A DNA stretch of 41,598 nt from positions 1 to 41,598 of the IMG/VR virus record IMGVR_UViG_3300029317_000004, one strand, 5' to 3'. Position 1 is the stretch's first letter. Every line of letters begins with the position of its first letter. This DNA is from a virus (Duplodnaviria; Caudoviricetes). The notes beneath the pieces were generated by a model, which made no database searches, was not told the DNA's origin, and was given only the letters and a program-made list of their open reading frames with translations. Shown here one piece after another: positions 25,988 through 35,664 of this stretch. Both the position numbers and the translations under genes were made by a program.

Positions 25988-28053
25988 TATCTTGTTAGCC
26001 CTCTATTTGAATAGCGTAATGTGTAGCCTGTTAAAGTGAAGCTCTCAGTGTCCTTACCGCTGTGGTAGAAAGAGAACTCAACGTTATGGCCTGTACCCAC
26101 TAGCTTCGTAGTTTGCCGTGAGAGCGGGTAGGAGTCGTAAACAGCGTGGTCGTACTGGGCTACATCCCAACCAGCAGCACCGCCTGTTATATTCAGCTCT
26201 TTAGCGAGAAAGGACTTGCGGCCTTCGTTCATCGTGTAATACATACGGAGGTCTACGGCAGAAGCCGCATATACTTCGAGGTCTATCTCCCTGAAGCGTT
26301 TACGCATCTGCGGTGAGCCTACATGGTTGGGCTGTAAGGTTAGGGAGGAAACGATGTTGTCCCCGTCAAAGGACGTGCCTTTATCTGCCTGATACACCAG
26401 CCCATCATCACCGCCGAACAGTAGGCGTTCAGTCCCGTTAGCGTCATCTCCGCTATCTACGCAGGTAACACCAACGCTGTAGAGGCCTTCTGTAATGCCA
26501 TACCTAATACCCTCGTTACCGTTGGCGTTGTAGGTGACACGTGAAAGGCATAAGAACCTATCTCCGAAGAAGAAGCGCATCTGGTTGAGCGATTTAATAG
26601 CCACCGCAGCCGTAGGTGTTAGCTCATTGAACTCTCGCATGAGTGGCTGGATGTTATCGCTCACCGTGCCTGCATCAAAGCCACCTAATGAGTCGGTACG
26701 CTTCAGTGAGCTGATGCCTCTATTTGACACCGAGAACACATCATCTAAGGCGACCACTGAATCAGGTTTAGCACCTAACGTGTCCGACACGACATACTTG
26801 TACCAATCCTGCGTACTAGAGCCTTTTAGAGCCTGTACCGTATTCTCAGTGAAGGTGTGCATCAAGTCCGTGCCGGTATGGGAGAAGCCGGTGATAATGT
26901 CGCCTGCGCCCCATTCTGACGCACCTAAGAAACCGTCCAGTAACTCAGGTTCATCCGCAACAGAGGTAATCGCCGTCCCGTAATCGGTGGCTAGCCATAA
27001 GCGACTATTGTGCGCCCGTAGCTGCGTAAAGGTGTCATCTAGCTGTCGGTAATCAGACGCAATTGGCTGTATGCAGTCGTATTGAGGCTTGTAGACACCT
27101 GCCATATTAACGCCGTCTACAAAGTAAATATAACGAGTTCCTGCGCTGGCGTAGAAGTTATGAATCAATGGCCTAACACGCCCACCTCCGTTAAACTGAT
27201 AGGGAATGAGCGCCTGAACCGCGCCGATGGTCACACTATCAGCGTCCCTTACTAAGGTATCACTGGTGGTGAGTGACGTACCTGCCGTATTGTGGATAGC
27301 CAGTACCTGCTTAGTCGCATCAGGGACACCCGCATCATCTAGGTACTCAAAGACACCTAAGATAGTGTGCGCCGCTGTGTTACATACGTCACCACGGATA
27401 GGTGCGCCAGTGGCAGCACATACCACCATCTGAGCATAACTTACCAACTGCCAACCGGCGGCGGTAGACCTATAGGCTAAGAGTTTTCCTGTACCATCAT
27501 CGCGCCAAGCAATCGTTGTTCCGCTAAGCTGCGCCACGCCTCTAATAGCGCCTTCGCCGGTAGGTGAGCTGATGTTATTTCGCCTGTAATCTCTCGCCTG
27601 ATTTAAGTAGGCAAGGTCGAGTTCATCAGTGTCAGCACCTCTATAGGTCGCTTCGATGATAGAGCAGGTCGTGTCAAAGGTTAGCGGGTTAGTGTCCAAG
27701 TCAAGAGGTACGTCACCTACTAGCTCACCGCCTACGACTGTAGCGGTTAAGCCGTCTGTAGAAGCGGTGTAGGATATGATAGTAAACGAAGCCGTGCCTA
27801 CTGTTAGAGTCGCGCCGATTACCAGCGGAATAGGCGTCACCCTTAAGTCCCAATCTGAGATGCGGATTAAATGGTATACCGCTTCAGATGGAGAGGCCTG
27901 ACCATCAAAACGCTCATAGCCCCCGATACGGGTGTAACCCCCTTTGACAGACTCGTAATAATTCAAAGCCTCGCTTGTAGCTCCCGCCGCTACGCGCAGA
28001 GGAGGCGTAACGAGGTCTAAGCCGCCCTGAAGGGCAACGAATTTACTAGGCAC
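25987..28053 (-). CDS. Putative tail nozzle/hub protein
   Basis: GGLDLVTPP N-terminus, beta-rich, C-terminal RKRFR; GAGG RBS with GTG start; position after the adaptor. Confidence 0.65.
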   Translation of the reverse strand: MPSKFVALQGGLDLVTPPLRVAAGATSEALNYYESVKGGYTRIGGYERFDGQASPSEAVYHLIRISDWDLRVTPIPLVIGATLTVGTASFTIISYTASTDGLTATVVGGELVGDVPLDLDTNPLTFDTTCSIIEATYRGADTDELDLAYLNQARDYRRNNISSPTGEGAIRGVAQLSGTTIAWRDDGTGKLLAYRSTAAGWQLVSYAQMVVCAATGAPIRGDVCNTAAHTILGVFEYLDDAGVPDATKQVLAIHNTAGTSLTTSDTLVRDADSVTIGAVQALIPYQFNGGGRVRPLIHNFYASAGTRYIYFVDGVNMAGVYKPQYDCIQPIASDYRQLDDTFTQLRAHNSRLWLATDYGTAITSVADEPELLDGFLGASEWGAGDIITGFSHTGTDLMHTFTENTVQALKGSSTQDWYKYVVSDTLGAKPDSVVALDDVFSVSNRGISSLKRTDSLGGFDAGTVSDNIQPLMREFNELTPTAAVAIKSLNQMRFFFGDRFLCLSRVTYNANGNEGIRYGITEGLYSVGVTCVDSGDDANGTERLLFGGDDGLVYQADKGTSFDGDNIVSSLTLQPNHVGSPQMRKRFREIDLEVYAASAVDLRMYYTMNEGRKSFLAKELNITGGAAGWDVAQYDHAVYDSYPLSRQTTKLVGTGHNVEFSFYHSGKDTESFTLTGYTLRYSNRGLTR

Positions 28054-28065
28054 AGTTGCCTCCTC

Positions 28066-28545
28066 TTAAATGGATTTAATACCCGCAAGAAGCCAATCGG
28101 CGGCCTGCTGGTAGGTGGTTGAATCGGTGTAATCGGGTAGCGCTGGAAACTGCGCTTTAACTGCTAAATAATCAGCCTCAAACGCTGGTCTATTTTCGCC
28201 ATACTCCTTCGTCCACAAGCGCCAAATGGGGAAGTCTGAAAGAACAACAGCCTGCTGCCTTGTGAGTAAAATTCCGTACTCGCGATCATCCTTAGCCAGC
28301 TCTTTCGCTACTTCTAACACCATTAAATCAGGTTCTAGCGGTAGTCCTTCGGCATCCACCAGCTCATCCACCATAAACGGGTTAACGGGGTTTTCCACGC
28401 TGCCCACGTAGATCGTGTTGTTAGAATTGTGCGTACCGGCGTTGCTAAAGCGCAGGCTCATCTGGTGCGCCTCGGTGCCTTCGATTAGCTCTAAACCTTC
28501 GCGATAAATTGACCAGTATTGCTGTTGACTGTTTTTTCCTAGCAT
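28066..28545 (-). CDS. Hypothetical protein
   Basis: 159-aa ORF in the late operon. Confidence 0.65.
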   Translation of the reverse strand: MLGKNSQQQYWSIYREGLELIEGTEAHQMSLRFSNAGTHNSNNTIYVGSVENPVNPFMVDELVDAEGLPLEPDLMVLEVAKELAKDDREYGILLTRQQAVVLSDFPIWRLWTKEYGENRPAFEADYLAVKAQFPALPDYTDSTTYQQAADWLLAGIKSI

Positions 28546-28603
28546 AGTATTAGCCCTATTGTTAGCTCAATGGTGATTAGGATTGTGGTTGATTGGAGTA
28601 GGT

Positions 28604-29956
28604 TCATGCTATGTTGATTAGTCTTTTTATGGATACGTTTGAAATAGTGCCAACAGAACTAGAAAACACTCGTTTAAAGCCAACGTTACCAATACCTGAA
28701 ACAACCTCACTATGGCGGCCGTCTACAGTTGCAATATAGCCACCCGCCCCAAGCTGAATACCTCCACCTCCTAAGCCTACAGCATCAAACTCAACAATAA
28801 ACTGGGCTGTCGTACTATCTATCAGCTCGACTGGGGTAAGCAGTGCCGAACCGGATGAACCATTTACTGTAAAACTTCCGTCACCGTTGTCAGTCCAAGA
28901 CGTAGTGACAGTAAATGGGGCTAACCACAACTCCTCGCCTAACCAATTAACCCCATCATCTACCAGCGTATAATTCTCACTCTCGTTGATATTTACTGCC
29001 TTACCGAATCCGTCTGCCCGTTTGAGCGACATATATACTAGCTCCGCGTCTGTAGCCCCCCACCTTGTTATCCTCAGCTCCGCACCATCTGCCTTGATAA
29101 CACCGGAGTGAGTGCCTGTGACGTTTAGTACAATATTTGATGGAAATCCACCTGAGTCTCTAATTGCGATTCCTGCTCCAGAGTTCACAATGACTTTGGC
29201 TTCCCATATGTAGGTCACCCCTACCTCCATCGCATCTGGCTGAGTCAACTCCAGATATAAGCCGTCAGTGACAAAGTGAGCGCCATTAGCACCTTCAGTA
29301 ATGACATTGGGGTCTGAATAATCCCCAACATTCCAGCCGTCGGGGTCGTCATTAGTCCAGTATGCAAACTGATTGTTGAGGAGTGCTTCACTCCCCAACA
29401 CCGCCGCTTTATTCTCTAAAATATTGGTGGTTGAAAAGTCTACCGATAAATCAGGATCAAGCACGAGTACGCCTGCTTTCCACGTTTTAAGCTCGGCCAT
29501 GATGCCGTTAAAATACAAGCCGCTATTGCGCTGGCCGATCACATCAAAGCTAAAGGGGTCGCTATTGGCAAGGGTATTGGGGAAATCAACCTCGCCCAGT
29601 TTTGCTGATATAACGCCATCAATTCGTTCTAGCCAGCCTGTTTGCAGGGTGCCATTTCGCAGGTTAGGTAGAGTGCCAAGATATTCGTAAGCTCCGTCAG
29701 CTAGTCGTAATCCCACCTCGTTGCTGCTCGTGATAAATAAGGCGTTAGCGTAGGATGACTCCTGGCCAAGTATTGCCTCCTCACCTGTGCTTTTGGACAC
29801 AATCGAGAACTTTATTTTAAAATCAGCGGGGTAGGTTTGCGGCTCTACGCTGTAGTACATTGAGCCGATGCTAGCGGTTTCTGTGAAATAGCGTTTAAAA
29901 AGCTTTGCGAGGTAGCACCGTGCCGAACCGAAGGTAAACCCTAAACAGGCATCCAC
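28604..29956 (-). CDS. Putative fibre/decoration protein with LamG-like and carbohydrate-binding-like domains
   Basis: IGQRNSGLYFNGIMAELK LamG-type motif; LGSEALLN and LGEELW domain starts; ISNVSIKR end. Confidence 0.6.
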   Translation of the reverse strand: MDACLGFTFGSARCYLAKLFKRYFTETASIGSMYYSVEPQTYPADFKIKFSIVSKSTGEEAILGQESSYANALFITSSNEVGLRLADGAYEYLGTLPNLRNGTLQTGWLERIDGVISAKLGEVDFPNTLANSDPFSFDVIGQRNSGLYFNGIMAELKTWKAGVLVLDPDLSVDFSTTNILENKAAVLGSEALLNNQFAYWTNDDPDGWNVGDYSDPNVITEGANGAHFVTDGLYLELTQPDAMEVGVTYIWEAKVIVNSGAGIAIRDSGGFPSNIVLNVTGTHSGVIKADGAELRITRWGATDAELVYMSLKRADGFGKAVNINESENYTLVDDGVNWLGEELWLAPFTVTTSWTDNGDGSFTVNGSSGSALLTPVELIDSTTAQFIVEFDAVGLGGGGIQLGAGGYIATVDGRHSEVVSGIGNVGFKRVFSSSVGTISNVSIKRLINIA

Positions 29957-30199
29957 TTAAGCATCCATGACTTCAATAACTGTCGTAGCGACAAAATCAA
30001 GCGTAGCCACTTTATCGGCTATAGCGGTCACACCGGCTGGCATCGTAGCGGTAACGCCGGAGGCGTTAATGGTATAAGCAGATTCCGCGCTTAGGCGGAT
30101 AGCTACCACACCTACTGTAGAGAAGACTTGCGTAGACTCAATGCGGTTAGGTGCAAAGCATTGTAGTTTCTCGTCATTGTTTGTTCTTGGTAAGGCCAT
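29957..30199 (-). CDS. Small hypothetical virion protein (80 aa)
   Basis: AAGGA RBS before ATG 30199 (MALPRTNN); the longer ORF call overlaps the adaptor gene. Confidence 0.65.
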   Translation of the reverse strand: MALPRTNNDEKLQCFAPNRIESTQVFSTVGVVAIRLSAESAYTINASGVTATMPAGVTAIADKVATLDFVATTVIEVMDA

Positions 30200-30200
30200 G

Positions 30201-30863
30201 TTAATTCCTTGATAAAGGTGAGGGGGAAAGACGGACTGAACCTGTTTCGCGGTGAAGCATGACGCTATAGATGGCGTTAAAGTTTCGGATAGCCGCTTGA
30301 TAAAGCGCCTGCCACTCTTTGCCTTGTTCGCGTGCGTACTGCTCAACAGCTTTCCACACAATAGCCTTGTGAAAGGCCGGTTGTAGTGTTGGCGTATCGA
30401 GGTCAGCCACCAGAAAAGTAGGGGCGGCGTAGTATTCGTAGGACATACTCAGCGCCGCATCTGGCTTCGGGTAAACGTGCAGCGTGTCATCAGGGTATAA
30501 AGCAATATAACGTGGTGTACCGGCGTAGCTGTTAGCGCCTTTTTCTAAGGTCTGCATCTGTCGGTGACTGATAGCGGCTAAGGATGCAGAAGAGCCTGCG
30601 AGTCTAAAACTTGACACGTCTATGTCAGTACCGCTTGTCTTACCTAGCTCACTTAGCGAGTAAGTACCTTGACCGCCTACTGTGGTAAAAGTATCTTCAG
30701 CCCAACGGAAGCGCCAGCGTCTATTGCGTTGTATTTCTACCCAAGCATCGGCAATCCACGTGGTCGCCTGTCGGTATTCGTCCGTCTGATTAACTACTGA
30801 GCCGATAGGGTCACCTGCGCCTGTTTCGGCGAGGTAGTCATTAGTAAGCTGAAGATAATTCAT
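30201..30863 (-). CDS. Head-tail adaptor protein
   Basis: MNYLQLTN...W...WRF, GTPRY, VYPKPD, P..FHKAIV pattern of phage adaptors. Confidence 0.75.
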   Translation of the reverse strand: MNYLQLTNDYLAETGAGDPIGSVVNQTDEYRQATTWIADAWVEIQRNRRWRFRWAEDTFTTVGGQGTYSLSELGKTSGTDIDVSSFRLAGSSASLAAISHRQMQTLEKGANSYAGTPRYIALYPDDTLHVYPKPDAALSMSYEYYAAPTFLVADLDTPTLQPAFHKAIVWKAVEQYAREQGKEWQALYQAAIRNFNAIYSVMLHRETGSVRLSPSPLSRN

Positions 30864-30866
30864 CGC

Positions 30867-31328
30867 TTACTTACCTTTGTTAATGAAGCGCAGTACGGTC
30901 ACAGGGTATTTAGTAACCTGTACCTTGTTCTCAATCGGAGCTTCGTCTTTCAACTTGCCTGCCTTGTCTAACGCAGGGATAACGAAGCCTAACGAGTTAA
31001 TGTCCATCAGCACGTTATAGAAGTCGATAGGCACTTCTACGTCTTTTTCACGTTGTACGGTCATCATGCGCCCGTTGTGGCCTAAGCGTACGGCGTGTTG
31101 GCCTCCCGCTTCTGGTGATAAGGCGATACGAATCAGTACGTGTGTAGCGTCTTTTGTAGGGTCTTTCTTGAGCCATTGCAGCGCTTCAAAAAGCTGCTCA
31201 AGCATATATTCACGAGGCACATCATTCTCGAAGGAGAGTCCGGCTTCGGTTTCTGCAAATTTAATAATCTCGGCAGTTGACGCATCGTTGATATTCAGTG
31301 CATCGTATTTAGGTTTAGCTTTTGTCAT
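30867..31328 (-). CDS. Hypothetical protein
   Basis: GAGG RBS; immediately after the capsid gene terminator. Confidence 0.7.
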   Translation of the reverse strand: MTKAKPKYDALNINDASTAEIIKFAETEAGLSFENDVPREYMLEQLFEALQWLKKDPTKDATHVLIRIALSPEAGGQHAVRLGHNGRMMTVQREKDVEVPIDFYNVLMDINSLGFVIPALDKAGKLKDEAPIENKVQVTKYPVTVLRFINKGK

Positions 31329-31343
31329 GTAGTCCTCTAAATT

Positions 31344-31372
31344 AATAAGAAAGACGCTCCCGTAGGAGCGCC
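31344..31372 (-). terminator. Terminator after the major capsid gene
   Basis: Minus strand GGCGCTCC-TACG-GGAGCGTC then TTTCTTATT. Confidence 0.75.
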
Positions 31373-31391
31373 TATCGTTAACTGTTTACGG

Positions 31392-32393
31392 TTATTCGTT
31401 TACAGTGTGCTTAACAGCGACAATCCAATCAGCGTTAAGAATTTCTTCGGCGGTGTACATTTTCCAACCTACGTGACCTGTCTGACCGAGTGGGTCAGTA
31501 TCAGTCGGTTTACCTACGTTACGGACGATAGGCTGGTAAGCGCCTTTACCGGCTAAGTTGACACAGCCGTAAGCGTCCATACCCACGTATAGCGAGGTAT
31601 ACACATCAGCGTTCGTACCTGTTGTAGATACACGTCCGGCAGTAGTGGCAAGTAACTCACCTGCGTCTAACTGTGGGTCTAAATCGGGTGAGCTGACATA
31701 GCGCACGTTGTCTACTGAACCAAACTCATGCTCACAGACAGTGGTTTGCTTGCCGTATTTAGCTACCGGCGTAAAGCCGTCCATTGCTCTAATATCTTTC
31801 TCAGCATCGGTGTGGACGAAGGCAATGTAAGCCGCTTCAATAGCTTTCGTACTGACGGCTACACCGCCGGACACAATAGAGGTGAACTTCTTAGCCTTGT
31901 TGCGCTGTAGTGTACGAACCGCTAACTGCTGGTCGGCTTTTGCTAGAAGGCCGTCAGTTGTCACCAAAGACGTACCACCGGCGTACTGAACGTTGGTGGC
32001 TGCACGCAGCTTGCCCCATAAGAGTGCTTCACGTGTCATCGCGACCTGTTCAGCGTTTAGTTGGTTAACATCGCTTAAGATAGGTGTTGTGTGTAAGTCC
32101 ACCATAATGTCGGTCACAGGTGTATAACCACCGTATTGTGATAAGACAACATCCAGTTGCTCGTAGCGAATTTGTGAAGCTGAAGGAGGCACACCCTCGC
32201 TTAGTGGAGTCGTAGCCGCTGAATACGGAATAGCCCTACGGAAGCGTAAAGTGTTTGTTGCGTTCTTCGGATGGGTGAACTTCTTTGCGCCGTACTCTAA
32301 GCACAAGAAAGGTTGAACGTGTTTCAGTGCTTGCTTTTCTAATTTAGCAGCAACAGTTCCGGTAATATCGCCATAGGCGTTAGTTAAAGGCAT
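31392..32393 (-). CDS. Major capsid protein (N4-gp56 family)
   Basis: TPLSEGVPP, QYG, HEFGSVDNVR, DPLGQTGHVGWK motifs. Confidence 0.88.
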   Translation of the reverse strand: MPLTNAYGDITGTVAAKLEKQALKHVQPFLCLEYGAKKFTHPKNATNTLRFRRAIPYSAATTPLSEGVPPSASQIRYEQLDVVLSQYGGYTPVTDIMVDLHTTPILSDVNQLNAEQVAMTREALLWGKLRAATNVQYAGGTSLVTTDGLLAKADQQLAVRTLQRNKAKKFTSIVSGGVAVSTKAIEAAYIAFVHTDAEKDIRAMDGFTPVAKYGKQTTVCEHEFGSVDNVRYVSSPDLDPQLDAGELLATTAGRVSTTGTNADVYTSLYVGMDAYGCVNLAGKGAYQPIVRNVGKPTDTDPLGQTGHVGWKMYTAEEILNADWIVAVKHTVNE

Positions 32394-32409
32394 TTATGTT
32401 TTCCTAAAG

Positions 32410-33213
32410 TTAATCAGTCGCCCACTCAGCTTCGTACTGCTCTGCCGTTGATAGGCTAGAAGCGCTACGCAAGTCCACCTGTGCAGAAGAGCCGCCTGCA
32501 TCGGCAATACCCTGTAGCCCTGCTTGTGTGGCAGGTGTTTCAGCTTGAGGTGGAGCGGCTTGTTTATATTGAGTTAAAATGTCGATGATGCTTTCTGCAT
32601 CGGAGGCTTCTATAGCTTGTCTAACAGGTTTGGGCTGTGCGCTTATCCATATCTGAAACTCATTTGAGTTATAGACTTCACCGGCATCTGCGTGTGCCGA
32701 CAAAATAGCGTCAGCAGGGTCGTCAGATGTTGGTGTGGATTCTCCACCCTGCTTGCCGTAGAGCTTATTAAGGTCTTCGGCGTATTCAGGGTGGTCTTTT
32801 TCAAACTGAGTCGGTTCACGTGTTTTCTCTATAAGCTCGGCATTTTGAGTGCGTAACTCATTTAGCTGCTTTTCAAGCATGACGGCCTTATCAGTAGAAA
32901 GGCGAAAGCGGCCTCGCATAGCCTTTTCATCGTTCTCAGCCTTTTGTAAGGCTTTTAGTTGTTCAGGAGTCGCATTAGCCCATGTGGTATCACTGTCAGA
33001 CTCCGCAGCCTGAGCGGTAACACCTTCTGAGGTAATGGACTCTTGCTTCTCTAAAGCTACGGCGGCAGACGCGGTATCAGCCGGTATAGTCGGTGAGTCT
33101 TCAGCCGTGTTTACTACAGCAGGTGTTGTAGGAGAGTCGTCATCGAGTCCCCATTCTGCATCGTAGTCAGACGGCGTATTAAGCTCTTGAGATTGATTGT
33201 CGTTATCTTGCAT
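32410..33213 (-). CDS. Putative scaffolding protein
   Basis: Acidic low-complexity N-terminus and coiled coil; between portal and capsid genes. Confidence 0.65.
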   Translation of the reverse strand: MQDNDNQSQELNTPSDYDAEWGLDDDSPTTPAVVNTAEDSPTIPADTASAAVALEKQESITSEGVTAQAAESDSDTTWANATPEQLKALQKAENDEKAMRGRFRLSTDKAVMLEKQLNELRTQNAELIEKTREPTQFEKDHPEYAEDLNKLYGKQGGESTPTSDDPADAILSAHADAGEVYNSNEFQIWISAQPKPVRQAIEASDAESIIDILTQYKQAAPPQAETPATQAGLQGIADAGGSSAQVDLRSASSLSTAEQYEAEWATD

Positions 33214-33321
33214 TTACTTTCCTCTTGGCGAGTGTCGGCCTCTAGTTGCCTAGAAGGAAACACTCTAATTTATGTGGTAGGAGGGTGGTTACCCTAGTGC
33301 CTAGTAACGGCAGGCGGAACG

Positions 33322-35658
33322 TTAAATACCTGTTTCACCTGTCGTCATTTTGTGGTGTAGCTCTGCGTCTTGACGGTCTTCAGCCTGCTTTCTTAAGCTA
33401 AGTTCTGAGGAAGCCTTCTGCTCACTACGTCTGTCTTTTTCACGGTCAGCGCCGATTTTTGCAGCGGTCACATCACGTTTAGTTTGTTCAACGAACTGTT
33501 GTTTCTGAATGTCGAAGGTCGCCTTACTTTCAATCTTGGCAAATTCTTCCTGTGACTTAGACATCGCGACACGTTCATCTTTAGAGAGCTTGGCGTATTC
33601 CAATTCAAACTGAGCCTCTAGCTCTTGTACCTTAAGTTCATGGTTGGCCTGCTTCTCTTGTGCTTCAAGCTGTAATCGGCCTTGCGCCAGTTCTATCTCA
33701 GCTTCACTCACTGCCACCTTACGGTCTTCGATAAGAAGCATCGGGTCTTGCTCAGGTTCTTGTTGAGCCTGCTGTTCCGCACGCTTCTCCATCTCTTCAT
33801 CCGTTTCAATGAATTGACCTTCAGGATGCTGCATGGACGTAGCAATGGCGCGTAACAACGGTAAGTGCTTAACACCCTCCAATTTACCGCCTTCGGTCAT
33901 TTGATAGAAGGTCATTAAGTTGGTCGCCTGTAGCTCCTTCGAGAGTAGGATGGTAGAGCCGCGTGCTTCTATCTCCATCAGGCCTTTAATGTCATCGTCC
34001 TCTTCAAACTGCATGAAGAAGTCGTAGAACCGCTGGATTAAGGTTGCTGTTATCTGGTCGTCATAACGCCTAGCTTGTGAGCGGCGGGTGACTGAGCTAT
34101 TGTTCTGCTGTATCTGTGTCGCACCTAGGGTCAGCGGGGCGTTATCGTTCATCTGCTGGTTCTTCTCAACACGGGTAACGCCTGTCAGTTCAAAAGCATC
34201 TTGTTGTGCTTTATCCATGAGGGTAAAGAGCTGCTGAATGTCCTGCTGAATATGGAACAGTTCAAATGGCTTATCGGTACGCTCGTTAGAGTACACACCT
34301 CCGCTTTTATGCCACACCTTGCCGCCTTTGATACTGTAGTCGTTCGAGCCGTCAGCCGGTTGAATCTGGTCTTTATCGACCACAATCTGCGGTAAGGTTG
34401 AAGCGCCTGCATTATCCAAGGCCATACGCCACGCTGTGTTATAGACATGGGCAGGGTCGTTCATTAGGTAAGGTATGCCGAAGCCGAAGATAGATAAGGG
34501 GTCTTCGTCCCAGTTGAAGATTGAGTAGAGGGTGTTATCACGTGCGTAAGGGTTAACGACTACCTTCAGTACCTGCTCGTTTATCACGTAGGTGACACAT
34601 TTAACCCAAGCCGCTTTAGAGTCGGTAGTGACACCGGCTGCGTCTAAGTGCTTGCGCTCAATATGCCCGTGGCGCTCCCATAACACGTAACGCCCGTTGC
34701 TAAGGCTGCGGCTGACACTTGAATCTCTGGCTTCTTCACGGGTTTCATCCTCCTGTGTACTGAAGTTTGAAACGCCGGTAGCGAGGAGTCTAGCGACAAG
34801 TGTACTGTCAAAACCCTTCTCTTTTGCCACGGCCTGTAGCTGTGCAGGGAGTAAGAAGGTGCGCTCCCATGTGTAGCCCCATTCCTCGGTTTCTGTCGCC
34901 GACATATCGGGGAAGAAGTCAAACGGGGAAACACACTTAACATCCGGCGCTAACTCGGTAGCCGTCTTTAAGGCAAACTCGCCGGACTTCTTCTTCGCCC
35001 ATGTCGAGGCGGCTTTATTAGGGATAGGTGCTTTGAGAATACCTGTGCCGTAAATGGCAGCATCACGAATACACTTACGCGCTTTAGAGGGATAACGGGC
35101 AGCAATCAGTGAGCTGTCAATCTTAGCGAACATTCGCTTGGCTTTACGCCTAACACGTTCTACACGTCTGTTATGTGCTTGGCTGTTTGTTAAGGGAGTA
35201 CCTTCAGCATCCAGCAGCGCCTCACCTTTAGAATCTACCGCTGGCTCGTTGGCTAACACTAAAGGCGGTTCGGCTAAGACGGTAGGCTTAATGCCGTAAT
35301 TCTTATCGTCAGAAGGGAACAATAGGTCACCTAGCTGACTCGCGCCATCATTGGTAATCTGCTTGGTGATGTTATGGTACACGCGGTTCTGTACCAACGG
35401 CATATCAAACTGCTCTTCTAAGCTATCTCTACCCAGCGCGTCTTGTGAGCCTTTGTAAGCTCTAGCGGCTTCGATCAGCCTGCGGTCAATGTCAATCTTA
35501 CGGTCAGCGATGGCGCTATTACGCTCAGCTACCAGTAAGCTATTCAGTGATTGTAGGTCACGGAGCTTCTTCTGCTCAGGTGTTAGCTCTTCTTCAGGGA
35601 TAGCCGAATCACTGGCAAACTCTATGTCATAGTCATTCTGTACTTTTTTATCTTGCAT
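33322..35658 (-). CDS. Portal protein
   Basis: AAIYGTGILK, VSPFDFFPD, IFGFGIP, long Gln/Glu-rich C-terminal coiled coil; follows TerL. Confidence 0.85.
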   Translation of the reverse strand: MQDKKVQNDYDIEFASDSAIPEEELTPEQKKLRDLQSLNSLLVAERNSAIADRKIDIDRRLIEAARAYKGSQDALGRDSLEEQFDMPLVQNRVYHNITKQITNDGASQLGDLLFPSDDKNYGIKPTVLAEPPLVLANEPAVDSKGEALLDAEGTPLTNSQAHNRRVERVRRKAKRMFAKIDSSLIAARYPSKARKCIRDAAIYGTGILKAPIPNKAASTWAKKKSGEFALKTATELAPDVKCVSPFDFFPDMSATETEEWGYTWERTFLLPAQLQAVAKEKGFDSTLVARLLATGVSNFSTQEDETREEARDSSVSRSLSNGRYVLWERHGHIERKHLDAAGVTTDSKAAWVKCVTYVINEQVLKVVVNPYARDNTLYSIFNWDEDPLSIFGFGIPYLMNDPAHVYNTAWRMALDNAGASTLPQIVVDKDQIQPADGSNDYSIKGGKVWHKSGGVYSNERTDKPFELFHIQQDIQQLFTLMDKAQQDAFELTGVTRVEKNQQMNDNAPLTLGATQIQQNNSSVTRRSQARRYDDQITATLIQRFYDFFMQFEEDDDIKGLMEIEARGSTILLSKELQATNLMTFYQMTEGGKLEGVKHLPLLRAIATSMQHPEGQFIETDEEMEKRAEQQAQQEPEQDPMLLIEDRKVAVSEAEIELAQGRLQLEAQEKQANHELKVQELEAQFELEYAKLSKDERVAMSKSQEEFAKIESKATFDIQKQQFVEQTKRDVTAAKIGADREKDRRSEQKASSELSLRKQAEDRQDAELHHKMTTGETGI

Positions 35659-35664
35659 GGTTTC

